A stretch of 64,000 bases of DNA from Seison nebaliae (Eukaryota), in the NCBI GenBank assembly GCA_023231475.1, contig JALJEE010002328.1, positions 1 through 64,000 on the forward strand. The letters are read 5' to 3'. The position numbers were made by a program, and so were the translations under genes. The notes below the pieces were generated by a model. It was given only the letters and a program-made list of their open reading frames with translations, ran no database searches and was not told the DNA's origin. Below are positions 40,045 to 53,138 of this stretch, one piece after another (within the stretch, counting starts at the first letter, position 1; the number at the start of each line of letters is the position of its first letter).

Positions 40045-40390
40045 TATTACAAGCCTTTCAACCAGTTATTTATTATGATAAGTCTATGTGAGTTGGCAAC
40101 TTTGCCACTGCTCTTAGCGAAGAGATATCTCAACATTATGGATTCTGTGCGAAAATCTGATCTAGCTGAACCGAATTACGAAATGTGCGAGAGTCTTTAT
40201 TCTCCTATCAAATTGTTCTATTTTTATTATTCACTACGTCTTCCTGAATCGTATCCGGATGCTGTTCAGTTAATTTCAAACTTCTCTATTGATCGTTATA
40301 TTTCTGAAACTCTGAAGAACGAATTGTCTTCAGGAAGGAATCTTATTATCAATAACTCTGAGAAAGAGTTATCATTTTATCATAAAAGAT
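40045..40390 (+). mobile_element. LINE ORF2 3' fragment
   Basis: KPFNQLF...LPLLLAKRYL...PNYEMCE..SPIKLFYFYYSL...ISNFSID..LSSGR is homologous to the ORF2 end at 62680-63053 (RPFNRAF...FPLLIVKRYL...PTYAECE..SPAKFFCQYYTL...VSNFNLE..LSRGR). Confidence 0.75.
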
Positions 40391-41141
40391 CTCCACGTTC
40401 CGGAAGAAGTGCTTCCATCGTCTCATGGCGCTGGCAACGTGCATAACTTTCGAGGTGCAGGGTACGCTGTTTCATAATTATGCATGGACTGTGTGTAGAT
40501 CACTGCGCAACACACGCCCAAATATTATTACGGATGACCTCACGACAAAGTGGTATGTGAGAGCTTGCCTATATATTTCTAGCATCTGATAGAGAAGAAA
40601 TATCATAAGAATACGAATAACGAACAAGGGTGTTAAATTGTTCACTTCGCTACAAGTCCGCGATGGGAAACGATGAAGTCGAATTATTTTCTGGTAGCGA
40701 GAGACACGGTTCAAATCATAATTACCGGCAAAGCTGGTAGTTCCAAAACTAAAAATACGAGGGTCCTGTAAAAGAGTATAGAACCACCTGGTAAGATGCG
40801 AACGTACCGATAATATGTCTTACCTTAAGAATTTATTATTTGCAATAAGAGGAACTTCTTTTCCGTTTATCTATCAGAGACAACCAAAGAAGGCACTCTC
40901 GTTTGAACTCATCGATCTCGTACGTTTTCATATATACTTTCACTGATATTTTTATTACTTAATAATTTTGATTCCTAGGCATTAATTCCAACAAGAGATT
41001 GAACTCTTTGAAAAGTTAGTGACACAAAAACATAATTACAGCATAAGAATATACAGATGGAAATGTAGAATCTGCACATACGAATGAACACAGCTTCTTA
41101 CCGGCTGCGATTACATCATTAAAAGTTTCTTTTTTGCGAGG

Positions 41142-41530
41142 GAGTCCTTTTTTACTTCTTTAACTCATAATAAACCTCTTATAATAAGTTTAATTCTTTA
41201 TATTTAAACATCTTGAATTCTAATGTGTTAGCATCTTATGTTTTAAAGTACTGTTATTTTTGTAATGTCCGATGTCCAAAAAATTATTATGAATATAATG
41301 AAGTAAATACAAAACTGAAGTAGAACGTAGTTTTGTGGATTGAGATTGTGCAGAATTTGTGCAGAAGTTTCAGACGAAATTTTATTAAATTGAAATTTGG
41401 AATTCTTAAAGATCAACTTAGAGATTAGATTAGAGAATTAAATTTTAATTTATTAGAGAAAATGAATGGTTTTTATGATAAAATAAAAAAAAATTGTTAA
41501 AGTTATATAAAAAAAATTTTTTCACATAAA
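41142..41530 (+). repeat. ~400-bp direct repeat, copy 2
   Basis: See copy 1 at 39614-40040. Confidence 0.8.
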
Positions 41531-41652
41531 AATTCGTTATTTATACTTATTTTTTTCGAGAGAATTTTTCTTTCATCTTTTTCATTAAAGGTTTTATTGA
41601 TGTTGCCTTGGCCTGTCGAAGAATAAGGATTGAATCAATTAAAAAATAAATT

Positions 41653-44311
41653 TTAGAGATAATTTCTAACAATTTTTTTAATTATCGTTGATTCTCCGTT
41701 GTCATCATCGGAATCAACGGGAAGCGGATCGAAATCTGGTAAATGATGGACAAGTTTCCGATGTTTCTCTAATGCCGGACCCCATGAACGGGAGAATTTG
41801 AATCCTGATTTTAAGGACTGAAAGTTTGAAAAAAAATGGCATAGGTTAAGATTAATCTTTTGAAACAAGGAATTTGTGTAAACTTTTCCCTTTCGTTTAA
41901 TTTTAATTAGTTTTACAAAAAACATTACAATTAATGGAGTTAATATGAACACCGTCATACAATACCCCAAAGAATTTGCCCATTTTGGTAGTTCCTTATT
42001 TTCTACCTCAGGAATTGATATTTTAACCCATTGATATATCAAACAGAACTTTAAAAATGATTAGAAAAAGAAGAGCCCAATGAAGGTGAACCAAAATAAT
42101 ACTTGGACTAATAAATCCCCAAAATACCCTCCAAATCATCATTGCTTTACTTCTATATTTTTCACCCAACATCAATAAAATATCTTCATACCAATTATTC
42201 CAACCATATATCCACGTAATTGATAAACATTCAATTATGGCTAGAATTAGAACAGCAAAACCGCCACTGTAGAAACTAAAGAACTCTACCCAAAATTGAC
42301 CGGCCTGGAATAAATGTAGAAAAAATATATAGGAATATAACATAATGAACAACAACATATTAGTTTTTACTGACCTGCGTACAGAATATTAATCCAAATA
42401 AGCACATAATTGTACAAGTAATTAAAATTACAATACTTTTAATTGCCTTCAATTTTGGCCATTGATCCATCAATCCTGTAATCACCGTTTCCAATGACGC
42501 AAACTTTGAAAGAGAAATTTTGGAATTTATATAAGAAAAATTAACTGAACTATCCAATCCTAAAGTAATTAACATAATGAAAAAGACAGCTGCCCATAAT
42601 GGTGGTGGTTTGATTGTAGTTACAGCAAATGGATACACAACAAATGCTAATCCAGGACCTGATTTCGCAACATATCTTATATCTATGTTCGACGTATATG
42701 ATAAATTTCCCAAATATGAAAACATTACCAGTCCAGCAAATATACTTGTGGCTGAATTGCTCAATGTAACAATGAAAGTATCTCTATTAATTGGGAGAAC
42801 ATTCAAAAAGTTATATGTATAACAAATTGTTGAACTTTAATGTATCGTTATTAAACTTATTGTAACTGGCCAATGCGATTAGACCACCGAAACACGTTGA
42901 TAACGAGAAAAAAATTTGACTTGCTGCGTCATTCCAAATACTTGCCTTCTTCAACAAACTTAAATTTGGTTTGATAAAATAAATTATGCCTTCCTTCGCT
43001 CCATCTAATGTCCATCCTTTTATTCCCAAAATAACCAATACCAAATAAGGAAATAGAGCGGTAAAATAAACAACCTAAAATTGAGTGAAGGTAAATTTTA
43101 AAAAATATTTTTAACTTTTCCAGATGATTTAATTCCTTTTACCATACACAGAAACACAATTATCCATGAGACGACCAATGCACCCACAAGTTTTCCACTT
43201 ATCGTTCCTGTGTCATCCATCGAATCAGACGTGTTCAATAAGGTACGACTAATTACTTCATTAGAAATCATTAAATTATTTGGAAAAACCGGAAATAATT
43301 TTCGCTTGGTATTGAGACACCATTATTCTCCATAATTAATTCAAATGAATTATATTTTTTTTTACCATCTATTATACATCCAATAATCGTTTTGTTTGAT
43401 GTTGATATTAGATTTTCCACCGGACAGGATTCATCCGTTTTATTGCGGACGAAATTAGTTGTAATATAATCTTTCGTAAATGTATCAACACAATTATCTC
43501 TCTGAACTTTAAATGATAAAATAATAATATGTTTGAAAAAGAAAATGAAGAGAAACTCCATTCAGGTTTACATTTTTGCCACGGTAGTACCTTTGTGAAA
43601 CAAGCAACCAAGTAATAGAGAGACCAAGCAATAATCATATTGTAATAAATGCACAAGAATGCTGCCACAATTACCATACAAACACCAATCCCTTGAAAAT
43701 ATGGTACCATCGAATAAGCACATGATGGTCCTCTACTGGTATACTGACCAATATTTAACTCCAAGAAAAAAACGGGAACACCGACAAATAATAGAAAGAT
43801 AAGATATGGAATCAGAAATGCTCCACCCCCATTCCGATAGCAAATGTACGGAAATCTCCAAACATTTCCTATAATGAATATTCCATAAAATATAGTTGAA
43901 TTTTCAAAAAATTCAAAAATGCAAACCCAATCCAACAGCATAACCCAAACAAGATAACAGAAAATCGAATCTTCCACTCCAATTTCCACGACTCTGATTT
44001 TCATCATTAGCATATGCTACCTTCTTCTTATTCTGGTCATTCGTCGTTGTTGGTTGGGCGGATGACAAATTTGTTGTCTGGATAATATTCGGATGTTCAT
44101 CTTTTCCATACGATAAACGTGGATTACTCATTTGACGATTAACTAATTCAACACTGGAACGACCATTTGGTGGTGGCGAATGTTTCGTTCTATATTTCCC
44201 TACTGGACCATGACCATCATTCACCGTGTATACACCACGATGTTCATCAACATCATAATTCGTTACCATATCTGGTAGTCCAACTTCGTTATTTGGAAAT
44301 TCATTTAACAT
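41653..44311 (-). CDS. Sodium/chloride-dependent SLC6 (SNF) transporter, glycine/proline/amino-acid-like, 10 exons
   Basis: [94 protein letters not shown]. Confidence 0.93.
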
Positions 44312-45428
44312 TTTTTCAAATAAGTCTTATTAGTTAGATGTGGAACGAATGATGATTAATTCGAACTCATGTAATTGCATATAAAAATAAGTCGGGTACT
44401 AAAATATCTTAATCATAGAAACAAGAGCATTATAAGAATATATGAGAAGAACGACTAATAAATGAATGATTCTGAAGTCCAATTAAATAATGTTGTCATG
44501 GTAATGTTTTACCGAATATCAATAATAATTTTAGGAATAGCGATATTTCCCGATTATGGGAAAATATCGAAGAGAATACAATCAGAATAATCGATTGTAT
44601 TCAATTTACTAATAATTCAACTGTTTTCGATAAGAGAATTATTCGAAAGTTCACTAATTCATTTGACGAGTGAAATGTGCATGAAAGATTTCGTTCGACT
44701 TATTGAACTACAAAATCAATATGTTCTATAATCAACCAGTTTCCTGAATCAAACATATTAAGATGTATAACACAACTAATGGAATAGACTCAGAAAATTG
44801 AACAGGTTGTTGTTGTTGTTGAAATGATCAACAAATAATAAGAGAAAGGAGACACTTCCTTAATAACAATTGAATTTTATAAGTCTCGACCTTCGAATTT
44901 CAACCATAACTTCACTTTATATTGCTCCATTCCTACATATTTTTTTCAAATATTTTCATCCTTCTTCTCTCATCATTTATACGTGAATGGAATTTATTAT
45001 AATATCTTCCCAATCATACAACCAATGTTCCTAACGATCATTATCATTATTACTCTCATCACAAATAAAACTGCCAAATAGAATGAACGAAGAAGAATTG
45101 ATTAAAGAAAATTAACGAACTCATTTTCAATGTCAAACGTTCTTTTTCCTAATAATTATACAGGTAGCCCGTTCTGTACACATACTCATTGAATGGTATC
45201 GCACATCGATGTTCGGATTGACGATTATTCTAATTGAGGCTGTCAATTTTATGTTTAACTCACGAAAAGCGTTTCCTTCATTAAACTGTTAGGAAATCGA
45301 TTTAACTGAATCAACTTCTCGAACTTCCCTCACTTACTTAATATACTTCTTTTTAAAGTTAATTTAACACATTCATCCAAATCGCTTTCTCTTTTTGTTG
45401 AAAGTTGATGAGAATTTTATGGAAATTT

Positions 45429-46409
45429 TTATTTGATCTTTTTAACGAAAAAAAAATCGAATAATTTCGAATCTCTCATATTTATATTTGAAATTTTTAA
45501 TTTTTCCTTAAAAATTGGAAATTCTTCAAGAAGAAAACCAGACGATCGTTCAATGGCATCAGGTGGAACCAAATATGATCTAAGATCTATCGAATCGTCT
45601 TGTTTCGAATTCTCCATAACGAATGAGAATAATTCAATCCTTTTATCCATCCTTTCATATAGAGCAATTTTAAAAAAATGAGTAGGAACGGCAATTCCAT
45701 TCTTTCCAATAGTACGATAAGAGATTTGTTGATTTCTAAAAAAAATAATTTTTTCTTATAAAATCTCATTGAAAGGAAATAATTAAAAACTTATCGGGAA
45801 GAAATAAAGGACCAGTAATAATATATGAATTTTGTGATTGTTTTGCATAATTCCTTAATGTTAGTTCCAAAGCACACCATTTATCTCGATTAAATCCAAT
45901 TCCTACTTGTGGTGAAATGTTAGAAAGACAGAATGTATCATCTAAATCATTTTGTGATAATCGATGAAGTACTGCCGGTGCCATATGTCCACGATCGAAT
46001 GATGATCGAAACTAAAAATATATTTCAATGAAGAATTTATGAAAGAAGAAATAATAAAAACAAAATCATCTTTAGATGAACGGAAATATTCATGAATTAA
46101 AGGATCGGAATAAAATCTGGAATTGCCTCGATCGACATTTTTCGGATATTTAAGATGATTCGATGTGATATGTTCATACACCCACATCGGATTACGAGTT
46201 CGATGATCATATCTGAGAATGTAATCATCAAAATATCTTAATGTTGATGCTTTTGGCCATTCTGTCCTTTTATTGGAAAACAATTCAGATGATTTCTTCC
46301 CATAATTTCTTAAACGATTTATCACATTTTCTTTCCATTCATTCGTACCGACATAATATCCAATTATCAATGAACTTGAAATCAGTCCCAATTGTCGAAC
46401 ATTAAACAT
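45429..46409 (-). CDS. ENDOG: Mitochondrial endonuclease G, 3 exons
   Basis: YDHRTRNPMWVYEH, catalytic DRGHMAPA, TFCLSNISPQVGIGFNRDKW, TGPLFLP, IAVPTHFFKI. Confidence 0.9.
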
Positions 46410-46749
46410 AATCGAACCTTTCTTTGTTTTAACCTGTTCTTTTGTTTTGGAAAAAGAAGAGTTAATGCATTATTTATTAACCTTCATTAAATGAGAGCTA
46501 AAAATTAAATAATGAAATCTAAGAAATTAGGTAAAATTGTGCAGATATTAATATATTATTAATACTAGACTATTAAAAATATCTTTGAAAAATGATAAAA
46601 ACAGTGAAAGAATATTATTTCAGAAATTTATTTCAATTGGAATGTCATTGAGAAGACTTTGACAATTATTCAAACATTTTTTGGAAGATAATTCTTTTTA
46701 AATTTTGGAAACTCATTAGAATTTGTAATTCGCAAAAAAAAATTGTTTA

Positions 46750-47391
46750 ATGAATCCAAATCGATTAGGTGGAGAAGATACACCTCAATTATTGGAGCAT
46801 ACATCATGGACTAATTCAGCTCGTATGTTGAGAGAAGATATTACTGTTGACAATGCATTAGATTATTTTTGTCATCAAGAAAATCCGTTTTATGATAAGA
46901 ACAGTGAGAATCAATGGAGGAAGATGCAGGGACATAATGATCATAGTGGACAATCGGGAAAACGATATGTTCTCTATTCTTCCAAACCACCGTCATTATT
47001 CGTTATTGGAGAGGAGCAGACAATTCGAACACAAAATACTGATGGGAAAGGTCCAACTGAAAATATTCATACATTCTTTCGGACTTTCTATTACATCATT
47101 AATGGTATCGTGTATAAGTGTCCAGATTTATCATCATTGACTTATTCAAGACTAGCAAATGTTACGACGAATCTTCATAAGGCTGTGGATGAAATGAGTA
47201 AATTTATTAAATTTAAAAGGAATGAAGGATATACATGGAATTTTGACAATGAATCCACAGACAAAACAGAGAAATTGATAGAACAATCATCGAAAGAAGA
47301 ATTAGAATCAAAAAGAGAACATGAAGAGAAAAATGAAAATTATTATAAAAGATATCTGATCAACGAACTATTAAATATCACTTTAAAATAA
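46750..47391 (+). CDS. MED6: Mediator of RNA polymerase II transcription subunit 6 (intronless)
   Basis: NALDYFCHQENPFYDKNSEN..KMQ, YYIINGIVYKCPDL...SRL, GYTW. Confidence 0.88.
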   Translation: MNPNRLGGEDTPQLLEHTSWTNSARMLREDITVDNALDYFCHQENPFYDKNSENQWRKMQGHNDHSGQSGKRYVLYSSKPPSLFVIGEEQTIRTQNTDGKGPTENIHTFFRTFYYIINGIVYKCPDLSSLTYSRLANVTTNLHKAVDEMSKFIKFKRNEGYTWNFDNESTDKTEKLIEQSSKEELESKREHEEKNENYYKRYLINELLNITLK

Positions 47392-47398
47392 TTTCATT

Positions 47399-48464
47399 TT
47401 ATTTGATATATTCATTTGGAACTGGCACAATAAATGTGGAATGTTGCTCAGCACTTATCGACGACAATGTCTGCAAATATCTCAAACGTAGAGCCGTTTT
47501 TGAATTCCTCAAATTTTTTGCGGCATCTTTCAATACAAACGATGCGTCACGTTCACCTATTGCAGCGATCACTTTTGCTTTTGCGTCACGAGCAGCCTCT
47601 GCTTCTGATGCCATAGCACGTTGTAATTTTTCTGGTAAGTGTACATCTTTTCTATTAGAGATTTATTTAATAAATCTTTTTTCTTTTAATATTAAAATTC
47701 TAACAATTCAATTCGTTCGACTGTTGTACCCCATGCATATGTGGCATTGTCAAGAATATGCTAAATTAAATAAATTATTCAGAATATGAAAAAAATAAAA
47801 AATTCAAAGTGGGAAAACTTGCATCGAATCTGCAATTTGTTCACGACATGCTAAAATTTCTTGAAGAGATTTTGTTCCTAAAATATTTCGAAGAGTACTA
47901 GACGCTAATAATCGTGTACTCTTCGACGGGTTCTCTATGTTAATTATGCATGCCGCGGGATTATGAACTTTAGCATAAACGACAGCGTCGACAGATATCG
48001 TAACTGAATCTTTCGTTAATATCTTTTGAAAATTGAAAGGTATTAAGAAAGAATTAATAATTGGAGAATTGTTAACTTCCTGTGGTGGGATGTCGAATGT
48101 CATTGTACGAAGATCGATTTTGACATATTGATCGGTACATGGAATTACGAAAAAAATCCCAGGTCCTTTCGATTTCTTCTTAATTCCATATCGAAATAAG
48201 ACAACTTTCTCATAATCCTGTGCAACCTATGAAGAAAAGAATTAAGGGAAAGTTAAATTGTTGTTGGAAGAATGAATTAAACTCTTAGACATGCGAATAA
48301 GGAAAAAGGTAAAGTACAGATTATAATCAAACAGCAGAGAAAGATTGCTAAGATTTCAATGAAACCATTGGAATGGTTATCGTTATCATCCAAATCTAAA
48401 AGTTAATGATAAGATTCCATTAGTATTCAATTCATTCAGTTAATTGATAAGTCAAACTTTGCAT
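47399..48464 (-). CDS. Stomatin/band-7 (SPFH) protein, 6 exons
   Basis: Hydrophobic hairpin TFPFSL, GPGIFFVIPCTD, DLRTMTFDIPPQEILTKDSVT, LQRAMASEAEAARDAKAKVIAA, ALRLRYLQTL. Confidence 0.92.
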
Positions 48465-48874
48465 TGGAAACTCTTAGAAAATATACAAAATTTTCTATTT
48501 GAAAGTAGTTAGAATGAATGAGTCGATTAGAAAGTGCTCCATGACTATTAAATCATCAAACAAATAATTTCCTTTCTTCGTCAAATTGCTTTCTTTGTTT
48601 ATTTAAAGGAAATTGGTAACATGCCAGAATGAAGGTTTTGTTAACAGAATCCTTTTCCGGAAGGTCAAATTAGATAACTCTTAAAAATCAATCATTTCCT
48701 TTAAATTATCGATAAGAAATATATTTTTTCCATCAATTCCTTCCGTCCGTTTTCTAATTAAAATTTTAGGTTCATTTTATGAGATTAGATTATAACCGGA
48801 TAGCAGAACTATTCGATATTTAATTTGTTGAAATTAATTTGAAAATTTTTAGATACATTAGAGTCTTTTAATTG

Positions 48875-50829
48875 ATGTGTTTGTGTAAGATTATGAGAAT
48901 TTTTCATGTATTTTGGATTATCAGTTATTTCCATTTATCTGAAGAGATTAATTGCTTCAAAAAGAAACCACCGAAACTGATGCTACTTTTATTCGACGGA
49001 TTTTCGAACGAATATCTGGAGTTTGGTCATTTTCCAAATATCGAAAATTTTCTTCATCCAACTTCCGAAAAAATTGGTGCCGTTAAATCAAAGGGAATCA
49101 TTCCAAGTTATACCACCGTTACGGCTGGTAATCTGTGGACAATCGCAACTGGATTAAATCAAGAAAATCATGGAATCATTTCAAATAATATTTTTAATCA
49201 GAAGACTAATAGAACTATTTCAGTATTGACAAGTGATCCATCTGAAGAAATTGATGAATTCTTTCAAAATTTCAATAATTTTGATCCGTTTTGGATAACG
49301 ATTAAGAAACACGTTAACTTCAATATACTTCATGAATATAGGATTTTCAACCTCCTATAAACTTGTCTTTTCTTATTTTAGAAGAAATGTAAGAAAGGTT
49401 CTTTTCTCACATTCCTTTATTGATCTAAAAAAAATAAAGGTGGAAAAACATCATTTCTTACATTTTTTTTAAAAAAAAAAGAAAATAAGAGGAAGGAAAT
49501 TTCTGACTATTATTGAAATTAAACTTATATTTTTTGTCAATTTCAGAATCCGTTAATCGAATCTTGCATTCTTTATTGGCCACCAGCGCGCTTGTTTGAA
49601 GGAAAATGGCTAAATAAATCATATTCACCAAAAATTTATATTAATGGAAAATATTGGGAGATTGCTGGAATTTCATTTCAGGAACGGTTTCGACAGATTG
49701 AAGAGCATATTGACAAGTGTGATATGATTGTAAGTTACTTTCATGAACCAGATTTTAGTGGTCATGGTAACGGTCCAAATTCAAAAGAAGTTTTACAAAA
49801 AGTTTCAGAAATTTTTATTTTATGTTAATGGTCCCATGATAAGTTGTACGAAATAGATGAATTAATTGGAAAGATAACAGAATTATGTGATAGAAAATGG
49901 AAGAATAATTATAATTTAATAATCTCAACCGATCATGGAATGGAAGAGATTACGGAAGTAATCACATTAACAGATTATGTAGATGTGAATGATTACTTAA
50001 TAGGAACACCCGATACAGATAGTGTATTCTATCAAATATTTCCAAAGGAGGAAAAAGTTAAAGTTTTTTGTGTTGCCTTATAATATCTATTGTTGACGAT
50101 TTTTAGGTAAATAATTTAATCGAAAAACTAACCAAAGTTCCCCATTCCCAAATCTTTGCAAAGGATCTTAATACTTTGACGAAGTTCTCTTCGATAAGCA
50201 CCAGTAATCGCAAATTAATCAAGATTATTCCTTCTAATTTATTTTATTCCCGACAAAATAATTCATCTCCATTCTTCCTTCATATGGAAAATGGTTATTA
50301 TCTTCGGACGGTTCGTATTTATTTATGACCATCATCTTTTTCCAATATTTATATACTTATAAAATTTTATGATAATCCCATCAAAATATTCTTATTTCTT
50401 TAATCTATATGGAACATAAACATGGTTCTTTATCGTATATTATTCGAATTTTAGACAAAGCACGATCTACTATTCAATGGCCACCATGGTTATGCATTCG
50501 TCAATAACAAAAAAATGTTAGGAGTCTTCATTGGCAGAGGTACGTCATTCAACGCAATCATTCATGGAAATAGAAGGATGCCCATCATTTTGAAGGATCT
50601 GCCACATACAAAAGATATTCATGCCCTTATATTGCATCTGATGGACATCAGTCCATACCATTCATCAAATGGTAGCATCTATTCGTTTAATGAAACTCTT
50701 AAGAGAACATCTTGCTTATATATTCCTCCTTTTCCTTCCATCTCTTCTTCATTAATATCGTCAAAACTAATAAATTTATCAAGAAAAATGTTGACGATCA
50801 TTTTAATTACTTTTTTCTTTTTCATCTGA
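48875..50829 (+). CDS. Ectonucleotide pyrophosphatase/phosphodiesterase (ENPP4/5/6-like), 5 exons
   Basis: Signal peptide, LLLFDGF, TVTAGNLWTIATG...HGII, YFHEPDFSGH..GPNS, STDHGM, GHHGY and a hydrophobic C-terminal tail. Confidence 0.88.
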
Positions 50830-53138
50830 TGCGGAAATATCGAACGATATTATGTAATCTTCCTTCAAACGGTAATATTCGTTGATCAGTTAGTTTATTT
50901 CTGTCGTTGATAATCCAAAATCTTTGTTATTTTTACCCTTAACATCTTTACCTCGATACTATTCTAACCATATAAATCTCATTTCCCTCTCATTCTCTCT
51001 TGTCTATTAGCACAACTTTTTCAAGAATTTTTCAAATAAAATTTACTATCCGATTGATCCAAGAAATTATTTCACTAAAATTCAATCTCTCAACTGACAA
51101 TCATTGTGAAATGATCAAAGAGAGGTTGGTTGATGTCACAACCATTCCATATTTCGGCGTAACATGAATGCTGACGATTATTTAACGAACGATAAAAAAG
51201 AATTTAGTTTAGAGAAATGTAATTTATCTTTCATTTATTCCAACAATAAACGACTCAGAATGTTTGAAGGAATATAGGATTTTTCTCTCAAATTTCCGAT
51301 TTTCACTAATTTACCATTAACGATTTTTTAATAAAATTACTATGAAAAGAATTTTCCATATTCGATCTAATAATTATATTATGATTATTAGGATAATAGG
51401 TTACTCTATTAACTAATAGAATAAGCACCATATTTCTTCTATTGGTTTCCAATGGATCGACGAACAGCACGACCCCATAATTTCTATCTGCAGCAAAAGA
51501 AAATCGTGAATAAGAAACCTCTCTATGCCTATTCCCATTAATTATTAAACGATACAATCATATATGTTGTACCTAAATCATTCAATTCTTTTGCGTGAAA
51601 TTTCCAACCATTGTGGATAATGTATTCCGAAAAAATGCCCATTATATTCAGAAAATAAAGGTTTTCGGCAAATTCTTTTACTCCCTTCTACTAATATAAT
51701 TTCATAATCATTTTGTGAATGAAATCGATTCCTTCACATAATATTTTCAATTTCGAATCTCCTTTTTATCGAAGTAAACATTTATGAATACTCTTCGAAT
51801 ACACCTCTATGAAACCCTGGAATTCTTATCATCATAATGAAGTATATACATCATCTCAATATTTTTCCAAACATTTCTATCATTTTTCTTAATTAACATG
51901 TAATCCATTAATTTTAATTGGACTTCCACAAAATGAACAAATGAGAAGGAACATATGCGTAACATCTCAGTTGTAAGCACAACGAATTTTAATAAAAAAA
52001 ATTGAGCAAAATATACGGTGGAAAGCATTATGATAGTTACAGATATAATGATGTGAATATCATGTCAAATGAGAATTTTCATTTGAACTTTTTAGTCAGG
52101 AAATAAATATGTGATAATTTATCTGAATGAACATTCATTTTCATTCCAAATGTTAGTTATTTTTATTAATATCTTATACTGTTTTCCAATCTCTTCATTA
52201 ATTATTTTAATCATTCAAGTTCAATGAATTTGTCGATAATTATGGAGAATAATTATTCTAAATAACACTATTCCTATTGGTTCTATAGAGGAGAAGATGA
52301 AGTTCGGTCGATTCTCTGGTGACGGAATAAATACTTATATAATCAAATAGAAATTTCGTTTCTTTATTCGTTATATTAAGATATTCTAATCACATGCGTC
52401 TACAAGTGTACAATATTGTCTGTCTATTCATGTCTTAAACTATTTCTGAATAATTTTTCCTGATGTTATATTGTTATAAAAATTAGATTAATTAATATAA
52501 AAAAAAATTGTTAAGCACAAAGGAAAATAATTAGATTATTTCTAAACCATAAAAAATATTAGATAAGAAAATTATGAAGAACACTCTAACAGTAAGTGGA
52601 AGAAGAAATGTTTCTTCTTGATCTCATACTGATTCTTCAAAAGGAATGATTCCATTTCAATATCTCTACGTGTATTATCAACAACAAGTTTTTCTTTAGA
52701 GAAAATTTTAGAAGATATTTTTCAGGCATCATCCTTTAATTTCTCTCGGGATCATGAAAATTCGTATATTCATATGATATATATTCATTCGAAATGACAG
52801 TTATAGACTAACTAACTAAAAAAGTAAAAAGACATCAAGTGAATATAAGTCGAGATGATATGTTACAAAACTGAATAATTGCGTGAAAAAATTTTATCTT
52901 ATCCATATCTATCAATTTATCTATTCCATTTAACTTATTGTGGAAAGATGATTTTTTAAGAAAGACTAATCATTCTATGTTTCATACTTCTATTATAGAT
53001 ATCGATTTCTATCAGAATAATTTCAAATGCGCCTTTCAAACCCATTTCATTTCGCCAAACTAACTTGGTAATCATCACATTTAACCTTTAAATTATTCTT
53101 CGTTTTTTCTTCCATAAGTGAAACGTTGTTTATCGTAA

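Noticed and set aside
49382..49397. Candidate micro-exon inside ENPP intron 1
   Set aside because: Including it shifts the frame of the downstream CILYWPP exon.
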